DNA of 64,000 bases from the NCBI GenBank assembly GCA_951406725.2, contig OX597814.1, positions 125,364,001 to 125,428,000 on the forward strand. Direction: 5' to 3'. The stretch is from Octopus vulgaris. Its lineage: Eukaryota. The notes under the pieces were generated by a model. That model was not told the DNA's origin. It made no database searches and saw nothing but the letters and a program-made list of their open reading frames with translations. The position numbers and the translations under genes are program-made. The stretch's first letter is position 1. Every line of letters begins with the position of its first letter. This document shows positions 50,001 through 63,089 of the stretch, piece by piece.

Positions 50001-50649
50001 TAGATGTTACATGCAGTCTATCCTTCCCACATAGAGACTCCTCGCTGCCAAAAGAAGCACCAACTACCTGAATTACATCCAAACTTGCGTTACCCCTGTC
50101 AACTATGCTATCATTACTCTCCATCTGGACTTATTATTTGATTACCTAGATAACAACGGCAGCCAACAAAAAATCTCCAGTGAACTCTCACAGATTTCTG
50201 AGAATGCTGACCTAACTATTCTTGTGTATCATACACAACTGAAGTCTTGCTTCTCTCTTATTCTGCCAGAGACGGCTACAATAACTTTAATATATCACTT
50301 GTTTTCACAAATACACAGAATTGTGTGACTATCAGTTACTTTCCTATTTATCAATAGATGCGTCCAAATATGCACATGATGTTACCATATTAACATAATA
50401 TCACTATATACAAATGATATAAATCACTTTATGCACACACAAGATATCAATGTGTGTTCATTATATCAATATACGTACTTACCTGATATCAGTATATTAA
50501 AATTACTTCAAAAAATGCATATATCACTGTATACATATATCACGATATACGTATAATACTACGTTATACATGTAATTGTACATATACATGATATGATTAT
50601 ATACACATGATATCAATATCATATACACATGATATCAATATATGCACGG

Positions 50650-50800
50650 CACAAATAATGTCGACTTCCATTTTAAAATTCTACCCAACGATCGGTTCAC
50701 GTGCCATCTGCAAGAATTCATGTTTGCGTCACATCACAACACGAAGGCAGAACTATTTCGCCTGAAGCGGCCCTGCTCTCTTTAACATCATGCCAAGACA
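50650..50800 (+). mobile_element. CR1-group LINE 3' fragment, part 1
   Basis: Aligns with 45665-45820 (CACGTGCCATC, AACTATTTC, GPALFNI). Confidence 0.85.
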
Positions 50801-50803
50801 TAA

Positions 50804-50979
50804 TGTCCGTGTATGGCAGGTTTGGTAGCCTTCAACTAATATTATCTCCTCCGAGACCCTGCGGCGCAAGTTGACCAAAATTGAGAGTATGATAGAAGAA
50901 GGCTTGCTCTTCCTTCCGTAGAAGAAAAAATTCAAATCGGACCATGTTAACACCAAAAAGTATTTACATCAAAAAGGTG
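50804..50979 (+). mobile_element. Helitron-like element partial copy (inverted twin of 51353-51528)
   Basis: Reverse complement of 51353-51528 with about 6 substitutions. Confidence 0.75.
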
Positions 50980-51089
50980 TTTTGTATATAATGTTAACTT
51001 GTGTATGGTGATATCGCATTCATACAGTGATATCATGTTTATTTTGACAGCATGTACGGATAGGGATGTCATGTCTCAATATATTTATA

Positions 51090-51326
51090 CCTAGATAATT
51101 TTCGGTCAGAATTGGCCCAAATCTCGTCCACCTTGATAGCCCCACATATATCATATTACACTCATTTATCATATTACACTCATTCATTAGGCACCATAGC
51201 ACGTTCAAGTAAAGAGTTATTGTTTGCAGAGATATATCCGGATGGGGGTGGTTTATCTGGAATTTGTTGGCGATATTCGTCTAGGAACAATTTGAATGTC
51301 ATGAGATCTTCTTTTATGTGTCTTGG
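51090..51326 (-). mobile_element. CR1-group LINE 3' fragment, part 2 (inverted continuation of 50650-50800)
   Basis: Minus strand PRHIKEDL..F..IPDKPPPSGYISANNNSLLE matches the end of the 44396 ORF and its tail. Confidence 0.88.
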
Positions 51327-51560
51327 AAATAGGGATTTTCATAGAAAAAGAGCACCTTTTTGAAGTAAATAATTTTTGGTGTTAACATGGTCCGATTTGA
51401 ATGTTTTCTTCTACGGAAGGAAGAGCAAGCCTTCTTCTATCATACTCTCAATTTTGGTCAACTTACGCCGCAGGGTCTCTGAGGAGATAGTATTAGTTGA
51501 AGGCTACCAAACCTGCCATACACGGACAACTTCAGCTTTATATAGAGAGAAAGATAGAGA
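51327..51560 (-). mobile_element. Helitron-like element 5' part
   Basis: Minus strand TCTCTCTATATAAAGCTGAAGTTGTCCGTG resembles the 5' end of the 46089-46795 element. Confidence 0.6.
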
Positions 51561-52081
51561 TTATATACACATAATATGACGTCAAAATATGTACATGATA
51601 TCAGATAGTACCACGGTATCAACGTATGAATGTGATATCAGCATACAGATATGATATCAATATACGCACATATCGACAGATGCAATTCTTGCTCTAAAAA
51701 TGTAGAATAAATCCAATTCTATATAAACGAAATCTGGTCTTTTATTTTCCACCATTAATACTACATATACAATACTACACAACCATCTCTCCCTCCTACA
51801 CGCATTCGTACGCACATACGCCTATAGATTTTTGCCTACAAGTATGTGCATGTATGTATGTAATATTCATATATTTGTGTTTCTCTAGCTTTATATACAA
51901 ACACATAAACACACATATATGCATGTATGCATTTATATATATATATATAAAAACATACATACACATACATATATATGATATATATATTATGTATATATAT
52001 ATATGTATATATATGTGTATATATATACATATATATGTATGTATGCATTTATATATATATAAAAACATACATACACATACA

Positions 52082-52312
52082 TATTTCATTACTACCCACA
52101 AGGGGCTAAACACAGAGGGGACAAACAAGGATAGACAAATGGATTAAGCCGATTACATCGACCCCAGTGCGTAACTGGTACTTAATTTATCGACCCCGAA
52201 AGGATGAAAGGCAAAGTCGACCTTGGCGGAATTTGAACTCAGAACGTAACGGCAGACGAAATACGGCTACGCATTTCGCCCGGCTTGCTAACGTTTCTGC
52301 CAGCTCGCCGCC
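52082..52312 (-). mobile_element. MetaSINE-like SINE, young, with probable TSD
   Basis: Full length; AACATACATACACATACATA on both sides. Confidence 0.95.
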
Positions 52313-52315
52313 TTG

Positions 52316-52324
52316 AACATACAT

Positions 52325-52358
<34 letters not shown>

Positions 52359-53003
52359 TATTATATATATATATACATATATATGTATGCATTTATATAT
52401 ATATATATAAGCACACACATATATATATATGTGTGTATGTGTATATATATATATGTATACATATATATATATATACATATATACACACACTTATTTATAG
52501 TGTATGTGTCTGTGTATATATATGTATGCATATGTGTGTGTGTGTGTGTATTTATACGTACGTAAATATACGTAAATAAGTTTATATATGTATGTAGGTA
52601 TATCTGTATGAATTTGCTTCCGCCTGTGTGTGCGTATGTGTGTTAGTGTGGACACCCACAACCATGAACACCCACATACGTACGTAACGCGCCACACACT
52701 CAAACACATAAATATATAAGTGGATTTAGAGTTTGATTAATTTAATTTTCTTCTTCTTCTTCTTGCTCTCTATCTTATTGAGTGTTTGTGTCTTTGAGAT
52801 TTAAATATGAAAATTATAGATGTAAGAGTTCAGTACTAATATTTCGAGATAAGTATATTGGCTGAGATTATTAAGAAACATTTCAAAGAATTTAACCACA
52901 GGTTAAAATTATAACAATCATAGTAGTGATATTTTAATATTATATATGTGTGTGTGTTTGTTTTTGTGTTTGTGTACACACACACAAACACACAAACGCA
53001 CAC

Positions 53004-53069
<66 letters not shown>

Positions 53070-53585
53070 TATTATATAAATTCCTAATTTGTATATATAA
53101 TACATATATTTGTAAACAGAAATGATATATATATATACAATAGATAGATAGATAGGTACATACATACATACATTCATACATACATACATACATACATACA
53201 TATAGATATATGCACATATATACACACACATACATATATGCATATACATATATATACATGCATGTACATATATATACATATATACATGCATGTATATATA
53301 TATATATATACAGAGACGGACAGACACACGGACACACAGACAGAAACAGAGACAGGAAGATAGAATAGGCAGATAGTTAGATATCCATATATGCATATGC
53401 ACATATGTACATACATGAATACATAAATATATGTATTTGTGTGTGTGTATATATCTGTGTGTGTGCGTGCGTGTGTGTATTTATGTATGTATGTATAGAT
53501 GCATGTATGTATATGTATGTATATGTAAATATATAAATACATATAAATATAAATATATATATATATGAGTTTATATATATATATT

Positions 53586-53617
<32 letters not shown>

Positions 53618-53790
53618 CACACTTACGCACGCGCCAAACACCCGGACACACATATATACATACACCCACCCAAACACATACCTAACTGTGTGTGTATACG
53701 TGCATGTAATTTATGTATATGCATGCGTATGTATGTATGTATATATGTACGTGTGTGTGTATCTCCATCTACGTATGTACGTCTATACAA
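52316..53790. repeat. Extended TA/TG/CATA low-complexity region
   Basis: Visible directly. Confidence 0.9.
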
Positions 53791-53908
53791 TGTTTTATCT
53801 AATATTACATATTTAGTAATTTATCTTTCGTACATTTCCAAATATTTGTCCTTGCAAATTTGCAAGTTATTCAAATGTTGTACATTTGTCTTGCCCTGTG
53901 GTAAAAGA

Positions 53909-53957
53909 ATTATTATTATCATTATTATTATTATTACTACTTCTATTATTATTATTA

Positions 53958-54009
<52 letters not shown>

Positions 54010-54030
54010 CATTATTATTATTATTATTCA
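53909..54030. repeat. (ATT)n microsatellite, probable tail/target of the adjacent R4-like LINE
   Basis: Visible directly. Confidence 0.95.
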
Positions 54031-54660
54031 TTAGGCTTATTTTTGTTGTGCTTTTACTGTTGCGCAGCTAGTTGCAGATATGTGCACCTTGGGTATATGC
54101 ATTACTGTTTTTCCATTAGTCTGCATTGTTAGTGTTACTCATTGTTTTTCTTTTTCTCTGCTATATCACCAAGTGCACCTCTGCGCCTTAGATGCATATC
54201 TTATTTTTGTGGATGCTCTCCTCTTTTTTTTTGCATTATATATATTGTATATGGTCTGTGTCGAGTCATGCTTGTTATCATATGCTTTGTGTGTGTGTAA
54301 CTCTTATGTTTCTGGGCTATGTGTTAGTCTCTATACTTTTTTCCATTCCTAAGGCGCCCATTATTATAGGAATTGTTTCTGTTTCACGCGCACACACCTC
54401 TCACATATTCTGGTTATCTGTTTCTAGATTTTTTTTTTATAGTTGGATGGTTTCATTATTTCTTTCAAAGAGATGTTGTCATCTGTTGGAGTTGATATGT
54501 TAATTAGGAAACACTTTTATGCTCTTTAGTAACGGAGACATTTTTATGTCGGAAAGATATTTTTTTGTCTTCCCTTCTGTAAAATGACATGCGCTTCTCT
54601 GACTTGTTCTGTGTAATACGTTCATACCATTTCACATAACCATGTAATTGATATCACTTA
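54031..54660 (-). mobile_element. R4/Dong-like LINE 3' end (RLE region), degraded
   Basis: Minus strand ETETIPIIMGALGM and TRI motifs, similar to 62020-62520; ends in (TAA)n. Confidence 0.7.
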
Positions 54661-54787
54661 ATAAGCAAAACTGAAGTATCGATTTTAAAGTCACATGGGC
54701 TGTACATTGCGCTTTTCCTCATCTACATTATGTCAAGAAACTCCTCCATTTAATGAGGAAATTCATTCTTTAAAACATTCACAGATA

Positions 54788-55097
54788 TTTACCTCCGCCT
54801 TAGCGAGGATGGATTCAGTTGAAACTTTCAGTGATGTTTGGTCTCGTGACTGGCACAAACTGATTAGATTTGGGGATCGATCCGGTACCGGACAAGGATT
54901 CTAGATTATTTTTCCTGTTTTTGTTTTTTTTTTTTACTTAATTTTTCAGAGCAGTCAAGTTCATTTTTAGTATTCTCGTTTGTGAGAGCAGTCAAGTTTA
55001 TTTCAGATATTCCCATTTTAAAAATCATCTCCGACTAATCGTTGACAGGACGTTGGTGTTGCCTAGGCGGAGGTTTGCTCTCCCTGAGAGTTCTTCT
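54788..55097 (+). mobile_element. Helentron-associated-like (HINE) non-autonomous element
   Basis: Subterminal IRs ACCTCCGCCT (54791) / AGGCGGAGGT (55065-55074) followed by a short 3' hairpin CTCTC-CCT-GAGAG; T-rich flanks. Confidence 0.6.
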
Positions 55098-55199
55098 TTA
55101 TTATTAAAATTATATTTCCTTGCAGTGAAGTATTTGTGAAACCGGAGATAATTTAATATAACAAGGATTTTTGTAACGTAATTAACATTCCGGAATTTG

Positions 55200-56220
55200 C
55201 CTATGTTATTCAAATATATACCACAAGCCACTTCCGGTTATTTCTCTAAACACATATTCGTTTAGTTTATGCAAATTACTTCAGCCATTACTGTTTTGTT
55301 TTTTACCTTGTTTTGCATAAGTTTATGTTGTGTGGCTACGCGAGGTTAGGTCGGGCAAGTGGCACGCTGATGATGGTTATTGAGCGAGAAACACATGTCC
55401 ACAACTGTCCTATTATCTCCAGACAATAAGCCAGTCTCTTTCCTTAATGGCATATCAGTTATGGAGAATCCGTGAATCTTGAGTTTATCGCCCATCCTAA
55501 GACAGACGTTGGTCATAAATGCCATTTAGTAATTATGATACACCATCTCGAGCCGGAGATAATGTTAAAAAGTCAAGTATATATGTTGCACAATATTTAA
55601 TATACCGGTATCTGTCTATGTTATTCATCAAATACATGTCACTGGTCATTTCGAGCTATTTATCTTACCTTGTCTTTGTTTCAATTAAGTAAATTATTTG
55701 ACTGTGTTCGACTTTAAAGAAAATAATTTTTTCCAACATTTATTCAGTGATGAATTTTGTTGTAGCTGAGATCTTTAAAGTAATTGCTGATATCAGTTAT
55801 CATGTTGCTATTGAAGTTATTTTGCCTTCATGTATGTTCTCAGTTCATTCTTTTGCCAGTACACAATAAATTTGATAAACCTAAGCCTAAATAATTCTGT
55901 AGGAAATGACCCTGTACTTTCAAATAACAGCGAGCAAGCTTTTAACAATGTCTTTAAAGGTTTCGTGTTTCCCAGAGGTTTGAGATAGCTGGTGAAAACG
56001 CATTCGATAATTTTCTTTCAACTTTCATTATCTGATAAGCTAGTAAACATTCCAGCATTTAAGATTTTCTTATTGAAGTAAGGATTTTCAGATAAAGGTA
56101 TTTTAAAACAAACTATTTCTAATCTGTTTCTTATGATTATCTCTTCCCTCGGAGTTAGTTGGATTAATGGCTATTACATTATTTTTGAAAATTATTTGAG
56201 AATATTTAAACCATCATCTT
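55200..56220 (-). mobile_element. Highly degraded R4-like LINE segment
   Basis: Weak minus-strand peptide traces and continuity with 54031-54660. Confidence 0.35.
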
Positions 56221-56639
56221 AAGCAGTTCCCTTCGCAGACCTCAAACAACCAATGCCCAAAATAGCTACAGCTTCATTGCAGCTATTCAGAGGTACCCTG
56301 CCTTTAGAAAATAGAACTCATCCACTTCTATCCAACCAGGTTACTTTTACTCAACGTCTAAAACTTTAACTGGCACTCTCAAGTGAGCACTATACTTTCG
56401 CTAATTTCTTCAGGGTCATATATAGCCACGATTAGATATAGACATCCTCTTGCCTCTCCTACGTTTGACAAAGGAAGCATCGAGAAAGTGGCAACTACAG
56501 ACAGGAAGGAAGGGCTGCCCAGCACCCAGCCGGTACTATAAAGAAAATACAAACATTGGGACATTAATTTTGAATGTTAAAATATAAAGATCGTATACGA
56601 CGAAGACAGACCTAACACATGCAAACAATGAAAACCAAA

Positions 56640-58430
56640 CAAATAAAAAAATAATAAGTAGGAATGCAATAAAATTATACCCGAGTATACCTACAGAATA
56701 CTAACGAACAAAAGCTGGAAAATATGAGCTAAAAGTGAACGTGAGAAAGATTTAGTTGTAGACAATTCAATAAATGGAAATTCTGAATATGACAATAATC
56801 TAAAGGTAGAAATTGTTAAATAATTAAAATCGATAGAAGATCTTCCTATGAAGCAACGAAAGATAAAATCTAACGATAAAATAGCAACAACAATTAAAAT
56901 TACGTAAACCTGGCCATTATAGACTTACTGAACAGATGGGAACATCAATATCACGAACATAAATCAAATAATCTATACCGCAGTCACTGTAGTCACAAAA
57001 GAAAAGAATCATATAAAATATCAAAACTCATAAAACAAATACAGAAAGATAGAAAATAAAAGAAAAAGATCTTTCAATCCTTAATGAAATGAAAAAAAAA
57101 AGTAAAGATGAAAATGGAAAACATAAAAGAGACAATTTACAACAGAAATACAATATTACATAACATAACAAAAAATAAAAAGAAATAAGTACCCGAAATC
57201 AAAGAATGTCTGAATCATGAAATCCTCGCTAAATCGCAAAGAATCTGTCTTTAAGAAAAGTGGCAACGATTCTTTGAAGAACACAAGAAGTTCGATTCCA
57301 ACCTGAAACTATTTTTATCAAGAACTAGTTAGCAACAAAAAAGAACTTAACGCAGCGTGAACAGCAAAAGAAGCTGGAGAATTTGGAGAAGGAATTTGGA
57401 TAGCAGATGGATTGCATGGGCAAAAATGTTCAACACATCAAGTACTGCATCTTGACAAGAGAAGTGGGTCCTATGAACATGAGAAATAGCGCGGACCCTA
57501 TAAAAAATGAACGACTAAAAAGCACTCGGAAGCAATAAGGTTCCTATCTTTAGACCGACAGGCACAAAGTGGTAACAATATTCCCTGATTCAGGGAAATG
57601 GTTGGAAACAACTACTCAAATGGTTTTCTGGGCAGAAAAAATCTTTTGATTTCTAAGACGAAAAGGGAACAAAAAAAATCCAGAAAACTACAAGATTATG
57701 CAAAACGTGGATATCGTACGAGAAAAATGCTTGACTGGGAAAATGTAAAAACACTTCAGCTCCATAAGAACAGAAATGATTTTTTAAAAGTTTTCTCAGG
57801 CACAACAATGTGGCTAAGAAGCTCACTTTGTAATCATGCATTTCCAGGTTCAGTCCCACTACGCGGAACCTTCTACTATAACTACGACGCGATCAATTCC
57901 TTGTGGGCGAATTTGATAGGCGGAAATTGTGAGGAAGCCGAATGTGTGTCTGTGTGTGTCCGTCTGTCTGTTGCCTGTCTGTATTTGTGTTTGTCACCAC
58001 CAGCCCCACCGCTTGTTTACGTTCCTGTAACTTATCAGTTCGGCAAAAGAGATCGATAGAGTATCATACTTAAAAGGAAGTACTAAAGTCGATTTGTTCA
58101 ACTAAAATCCTTCAAAGCAGTGCCCCAGCTTGACCACAGACTAAAACAACTAAACGGTAAAAGACGGATGTGGAGATTTGTTATTAATCTACTAAGTGAT
58201 AACTGGATACAATTAGAGACGTAAGAGGAGAGTCTCACCATGGCATGGATTGCTAGAAAGTTTTTGATAGGTTCCTCAATCATATAGGCCATTTAACATA
58301 CAATAGCAACAATAACAATTATGTTGTGAAGACATATTTTATAGAATGGCATAAAGGAGGGAATTTTAGGATAAAACTGTTCCTCTCACAAAAGGTATAT
58401 TCCAGGGAGACTCCTTATTTCTCATCTTTT
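56640..58430 (+). mobile_element. R4/Dong-like LINE (pre-RT and RT), degraded, interrupted by SINE A
   Basis: AKSQRI..FFEEHKKFDSN..FYQEL, NPENY, LTMAWI and KGIFQGDSL motifs. Confidence 0.75.
57798..58165 (+). mobile_element. SINE family A, degraded
   Basis: GGTTCAGTCCCACTACGCGG head; TTCGGCAAAAGAGATCGATAGA body; tail. Confidence 0.8.
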
Positions 58431-58739
58431 TTTTGTATTCTGAGAGAGGATACAATCGGTTAAATCACCTCCGTTACTTGATTTGCATTTCATTTCCCGA
58501 CGCTGGAAAAGATGAACAGTAAATTTGATTTCGGCGTGATTTGAACTCGATAAAGTTACGGTGCCACCAGGTACTGAAACGCTGTCAGATATCATAGTTG
58601 TAAAATTCTATGATCAAAGTTTGTAAGTGTAAAACACTTCAAAAAGCATGAGCATTTCTTACGGGGGAACAATACGTTTATGAAATACTGAAATGTTAGA
58701 GCGATGATATTAACAATGAAAAACATAACGCTAGATGAT

Positions 58740-60100
58740 ACACTAACGGCAACGGAAATTCAAGCATGTTGGCAGAAAATAAGGGACAGAAATATCCAGT
58801 ACAATGAAAAATAGCACAATGGATCAGAAGGGAAAAAGGGGATATAAAAATTCAAAATACCGTAAACCTGACTATTCATATCCAGCGATGAAATCAGTAG
58901 CGCGACAAAAGAGCTACAAGCAACTGAAAAGCCCCTGTGATTGAAAAAGTCTCCAATTTCTGGTTGAAAAACCTAATCAGTATTCATGAATCTGTGGCAA
59001 CAGCGTTTAATGAATTAATAATCAGCTCACAATCAACACCTAAATGGCTACCAGAGATGAAAACAATATTGATTCCCATAACTAAAAGTACCAGGGACCC
59101 TCAAAACTACAGACCTATAATTTGTTTGCCTACAACATACAAAATCCCTAAATCAGTCAAGACTTCTGAAATAAATGTTTCAAAGAGAAACAAGACTGCT
59201 TTCGCTCTCCGGGATCTCATCAAAATTCAAGAGAATGTTGAGATTTTTATTTAGTTTTATTTTTTTATTTCAGATGTTCAAGACTCCACCATTTGGCACC
59301 TTTGCATGCCGGTTGAATCCTACTCCTATAGCTCTTTCATTTATTCTTTATAAGAAAAACTAGCTGCCCACCTGGAAGGCAATAACATCATACTAGGTCC
59401 CGAAATTGTATGTATGACCGTAGAGAACAATTGCGTAACAATCGGGCAATTATCGAAGATAGGAAAATGTGAAAAATTAATCTTAGCCGAAATCACTTCA
59501 TTACAGAAAAGAATTTGATTCTCATGCCACGATGGAGAGAGCAACTATTGCCAATAACCTACATTACTTGACAGAGAAGAAGCAAATCAGATTGAAGACC
59601 AATAATGCGTCAAAAGCTTAGATTAACCTTAGAAACAGAAGATCTAAGTTTAGTTGTACAGGATCGATGCAGTCATGAGAAGAAAAAAAAAGAGAGAATG
59701 TATAATGAAACAAAAAAACTAGTGTTAAGTATAGATAGTACAACCAGTACAATGAGATAATTGACTATATATCATTAATTGTCCACTCCTTGCTATGTTA
59801 AAATGTGGACACATATGCGACCGAATCGACACTTCGACGTAAAATTTAATACGTGGTGTAAGTTTGTACAAAACACAGATCATGATGAAAATGGCTTGAA
59901 TATAATCAGTGAGACATGTCTGATTAGAGTGGCAAAGAAATCATGGAGAATCATCGAGATACAACTGATGCTAAAGATAGAAAAGAGAATCGTGGTATCT
60001 GCTCAAAGTATTTGTGCCGAATATGCCCCACCCCCACCCCCGCCAAAAAAAAGAAACAGTCGAAAGATATCAAAATTCAATCATTCTGAAATTGGAAGTA
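58740..60100 (+). mobile_element. R4/Dong-like LINE, degraded and deleted
   Basis: NFWLKNL..PKWL..KTILIP..DPQNYRPIICLPTTYKI, EQLRNNRAIIED and later RLE-like traces. Confidence 0.75.
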
Positions 60101-60441
60101 AACAGGAATCGGCTTGTTGTCTGGTGGTTAGTGGTGTTTGACTAATGATCATACGGTTTTAGATTCGATTGTTGGGGACGAGGCGGTGCAATAAGTCATT
60201 GAGATATGTCATTTAGCAAGGCACTTCATTTCATGTTATTCGGGTTTACTTAGCTGAAAATGTAGACCAGCCGAGTGCTGGTGCAACTGTCTTTACCCTC
60301 CAGCTGTCCTCGAAGACCATTGTTAAAATGTTCTTATTTCATTGTTATTCTTGAAAATCTGTGTACAGATACAAACCCAACTGTTTAACTGGTTTGTACC
60401 TTTTATGTAAAACAATTATTATCCGCACGCTGGACAAAATA

Positions 60442-61081
60442 TAGAGTCATCCCATAAATAATGCAATTTTTTCGATTGCATGAACTAAAAGTTGGATGGT
60501 TAGGAGAGATAAACTACCTGCGTCAACTTGTTATAAAAGCAGTTAGTAATTATATTCTTAGCGTAAGTTTTGAAGAGTGCAGTTAGACTTTAACAGTTTT
60601 TTTTTCAAAGCTATAACGGAAGTGACAAAGGAGCATATTCAGCATATTTTGCTTTATGGGTTCAATAAAGGCAACAACGCAATGGAAAGTGCGAGGAACA
60701 TTAATACAGTATATGGAGATTGGACAATAAGCGTAATCCAGTGTCAATGGTGGTTCCAGAAATTCCGAGCCGGAAACTACAGCCTAGAAGACAAGCCTCA
60801 TCCTGGAAAATCTGTAAAGCTCGATGAGGACATCCTACAAACCCTGGTGGAACAGAATCCCATGGTAACTGTTGAGGAACTAGCAGAGAAGCTTGAATTT
60901 GGTCATTCAACCATTCATCGACACCTGCGTGCCATCGGAACAGTTAGCAAATTGAGTCAATGGGTTCCTCACAACTTTTCCGAGTCTAATCGCGCGCAGA
61001 GAGTGAGTGTGTGCTCTTCTTTGCTATAACGTCTCACGAATGAACCTTTTTTGGACCGAATAGTGACAGGTGACGAGAAAT
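60442..61081 (+). mobile_element. Mariner (Mos1-like) 5' half, transposase pseudogene
   Basis: HILLYGFNKG..WFQKFRAGNYSLED HTH, WVPH and RIVTGDEK motifs. Confidence 0.92.
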
Positions 61082-61084
61082 GTT

Positions 61085-61315
61085 CCCCTCCAGTTGCTCC
61101 GGTTTATTGACGTGAACCCTCTCTTTCAGGTATCCCCACAAGAAAAAAATCTGGGCTAGTCAAGTCTGGGAAACGTGAAAGCCAGTTGACATTGTCGTAG
61201 CGGGAGATTATTCTCTCTCCAAAGCACTGCCGTGAACAACGGCATTGTTTCCCTTGCGGTATGAGCAGTTGCCCCATCTTGCTGGAACCATGTGTGAGGT
61301 CTACTTTGAATGGCT
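61085..61315 (-). mobile_element. Tc1/Tc3-like transposase fragment
   Basis: WFQQDGATAHTA and NWLSRFPDLTSPDFFL motifs. Confidence 0.88.
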
Positions 61316-61329
61316 GGGCGCAAAACAGT

Positions 61330-61673
61330 CTCAATCATGGATTCTTCAGTTTCCATAGCTGGGCTGTTTCGTACTTTAGAGGGTTGTATTTATCTATTTT
61401 TTCACTTTCCTTCTCGACTATTCCTGGGTCAAAGGGGCATGCAACACCAACTATATAGCACATGTGATACATCTTGTCGACCACCACTAGGTCCGGTCTG
61501 TTATGCTCTAGCACCTGATCTGTTTGGATTGAGAAATCCCAGAGAATTTTGCTAATCTCCAACTTCGCCATTCTCTACGGTTTGTGTTCAAGGTACGTCT
61601 CGCATTTTTCTAGCCCCAACTTTTCGCACAATTTCCAATGTAGCACTTTCGTTACGTAGTCGTGCCGCCACAA

Positions 61674-61675
<2 letters not shown>
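61330..61675 (-). mobile_element. R4/Dong-like LINE RLE fragment
   Basis: WRHDYVTKVLHW, ILWDFSIQTDQVLEHNRPDLVVVDK..VACPFD..KE.EKIDKY. Confidence 0.9.
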
Positions 61676-62018
<343 letters not shown>

Positions 62019-62520
62019 CAGTAGTCTTATGTTTATCACGTGCTTTCACTGCGCTACCGAGCGCAGCTCTATGTGCCTTCAGGATGTACTGTAGTCTGTT
62101 GTGATGCTCTTATTTTTACTTTATTGAAAGTGTTTTACGTAGGATATGTGCAGTGCCTAATGGGGCTATTTTCTGTATGTTATAAATATTTGTTAGTCCT
62201 GGTGTTTTTCTTATGTATTTGTCTGAATGTTTTTTTATCATACCTAATGTGGCTACTATGATAGGAATTGTTTCTGTCTTTAGGCTCCACATTCGAGTTA
62301 CCTCTTTTTCTAGATCTTTGTATTTTGAAAGTTTCTCCGTTTCTTTTGGAGAAACAGTTTCATCTCTTGGTATTGATACATCAATTAGAAAGCATTATTT
62401 TTCTTGGTAATCTCTGACAACTATATTTGGTATATTGGCCTTAATTTCTCTATAAGTATATATTGCCATATCCCAGAGAATGGTTGTTTTCTCATTTTCT
62501 GTGACCTTTTCTAGTGTGTG
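62019..62520 (-). mobile_element. R4/Dong-like LINE 3' end with (TGA/TAA)n tail
   Basis: TILWDMAIYT..IKANIPNIVVRD, EKLSKYKDLE..RMWSLKTETIPIIV and IALLGTAHILRKTL motifs. Confidence 0.9.
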
Positions 62521-63089
62521 CATTATTGTTGTTGTTGTTGTAGTTGTTATGATTAACATCATCAAATTTTCGTAAGTTTTATGCAAATTTTTATTGCATC
62601 ACCAAGTGTACATCAGTATTCCGAGGTGTGTTCAGCATTGAGAATGCAGCAACTTGTTCGTCTGCTCCATCCGCTTGGGTTTGCTGCATGGCTTGCTTTG
62701 TTTTGTTGATTTTTGTGTTACGTTTGTGTTTTGTCTGTTGCACAGAACATGTACCATGAAAAATGTGATATCTTACGATATGGTTGTTGTGTAGAATGTG
62801 TGGTGTGAGCTGTGTTATAGTTTATTGGTAATGCTACTTGTTGAGAATACATGTTGTGTTCAGTGGTGCTGAACGTGTCAGCTATGATTTATCTCTTACT
62901 TAGAAAGTAGGCTGTTACAAGTAATGCTATGTTTTGGATGTATTTAGAGTTATAAATCCAGTTTTTGTTTATGTATAATAAAATAGTGAAGACTGAGAGC
63001 TTCTTACAATGCAAAAAAGAAAACATTTAATAACCTTTGTGTGTTTCAGGCTCAAATGCCCATCATCAGCAGTAAACAATAAATAGACG

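Noticed and set aside
50380-50650. Recurring CATGATATCA units suggesting a CRISPR-like array
   Set aside because: Degenerate minisatellite with irregular spacing, eukaryotic context and no cas genes
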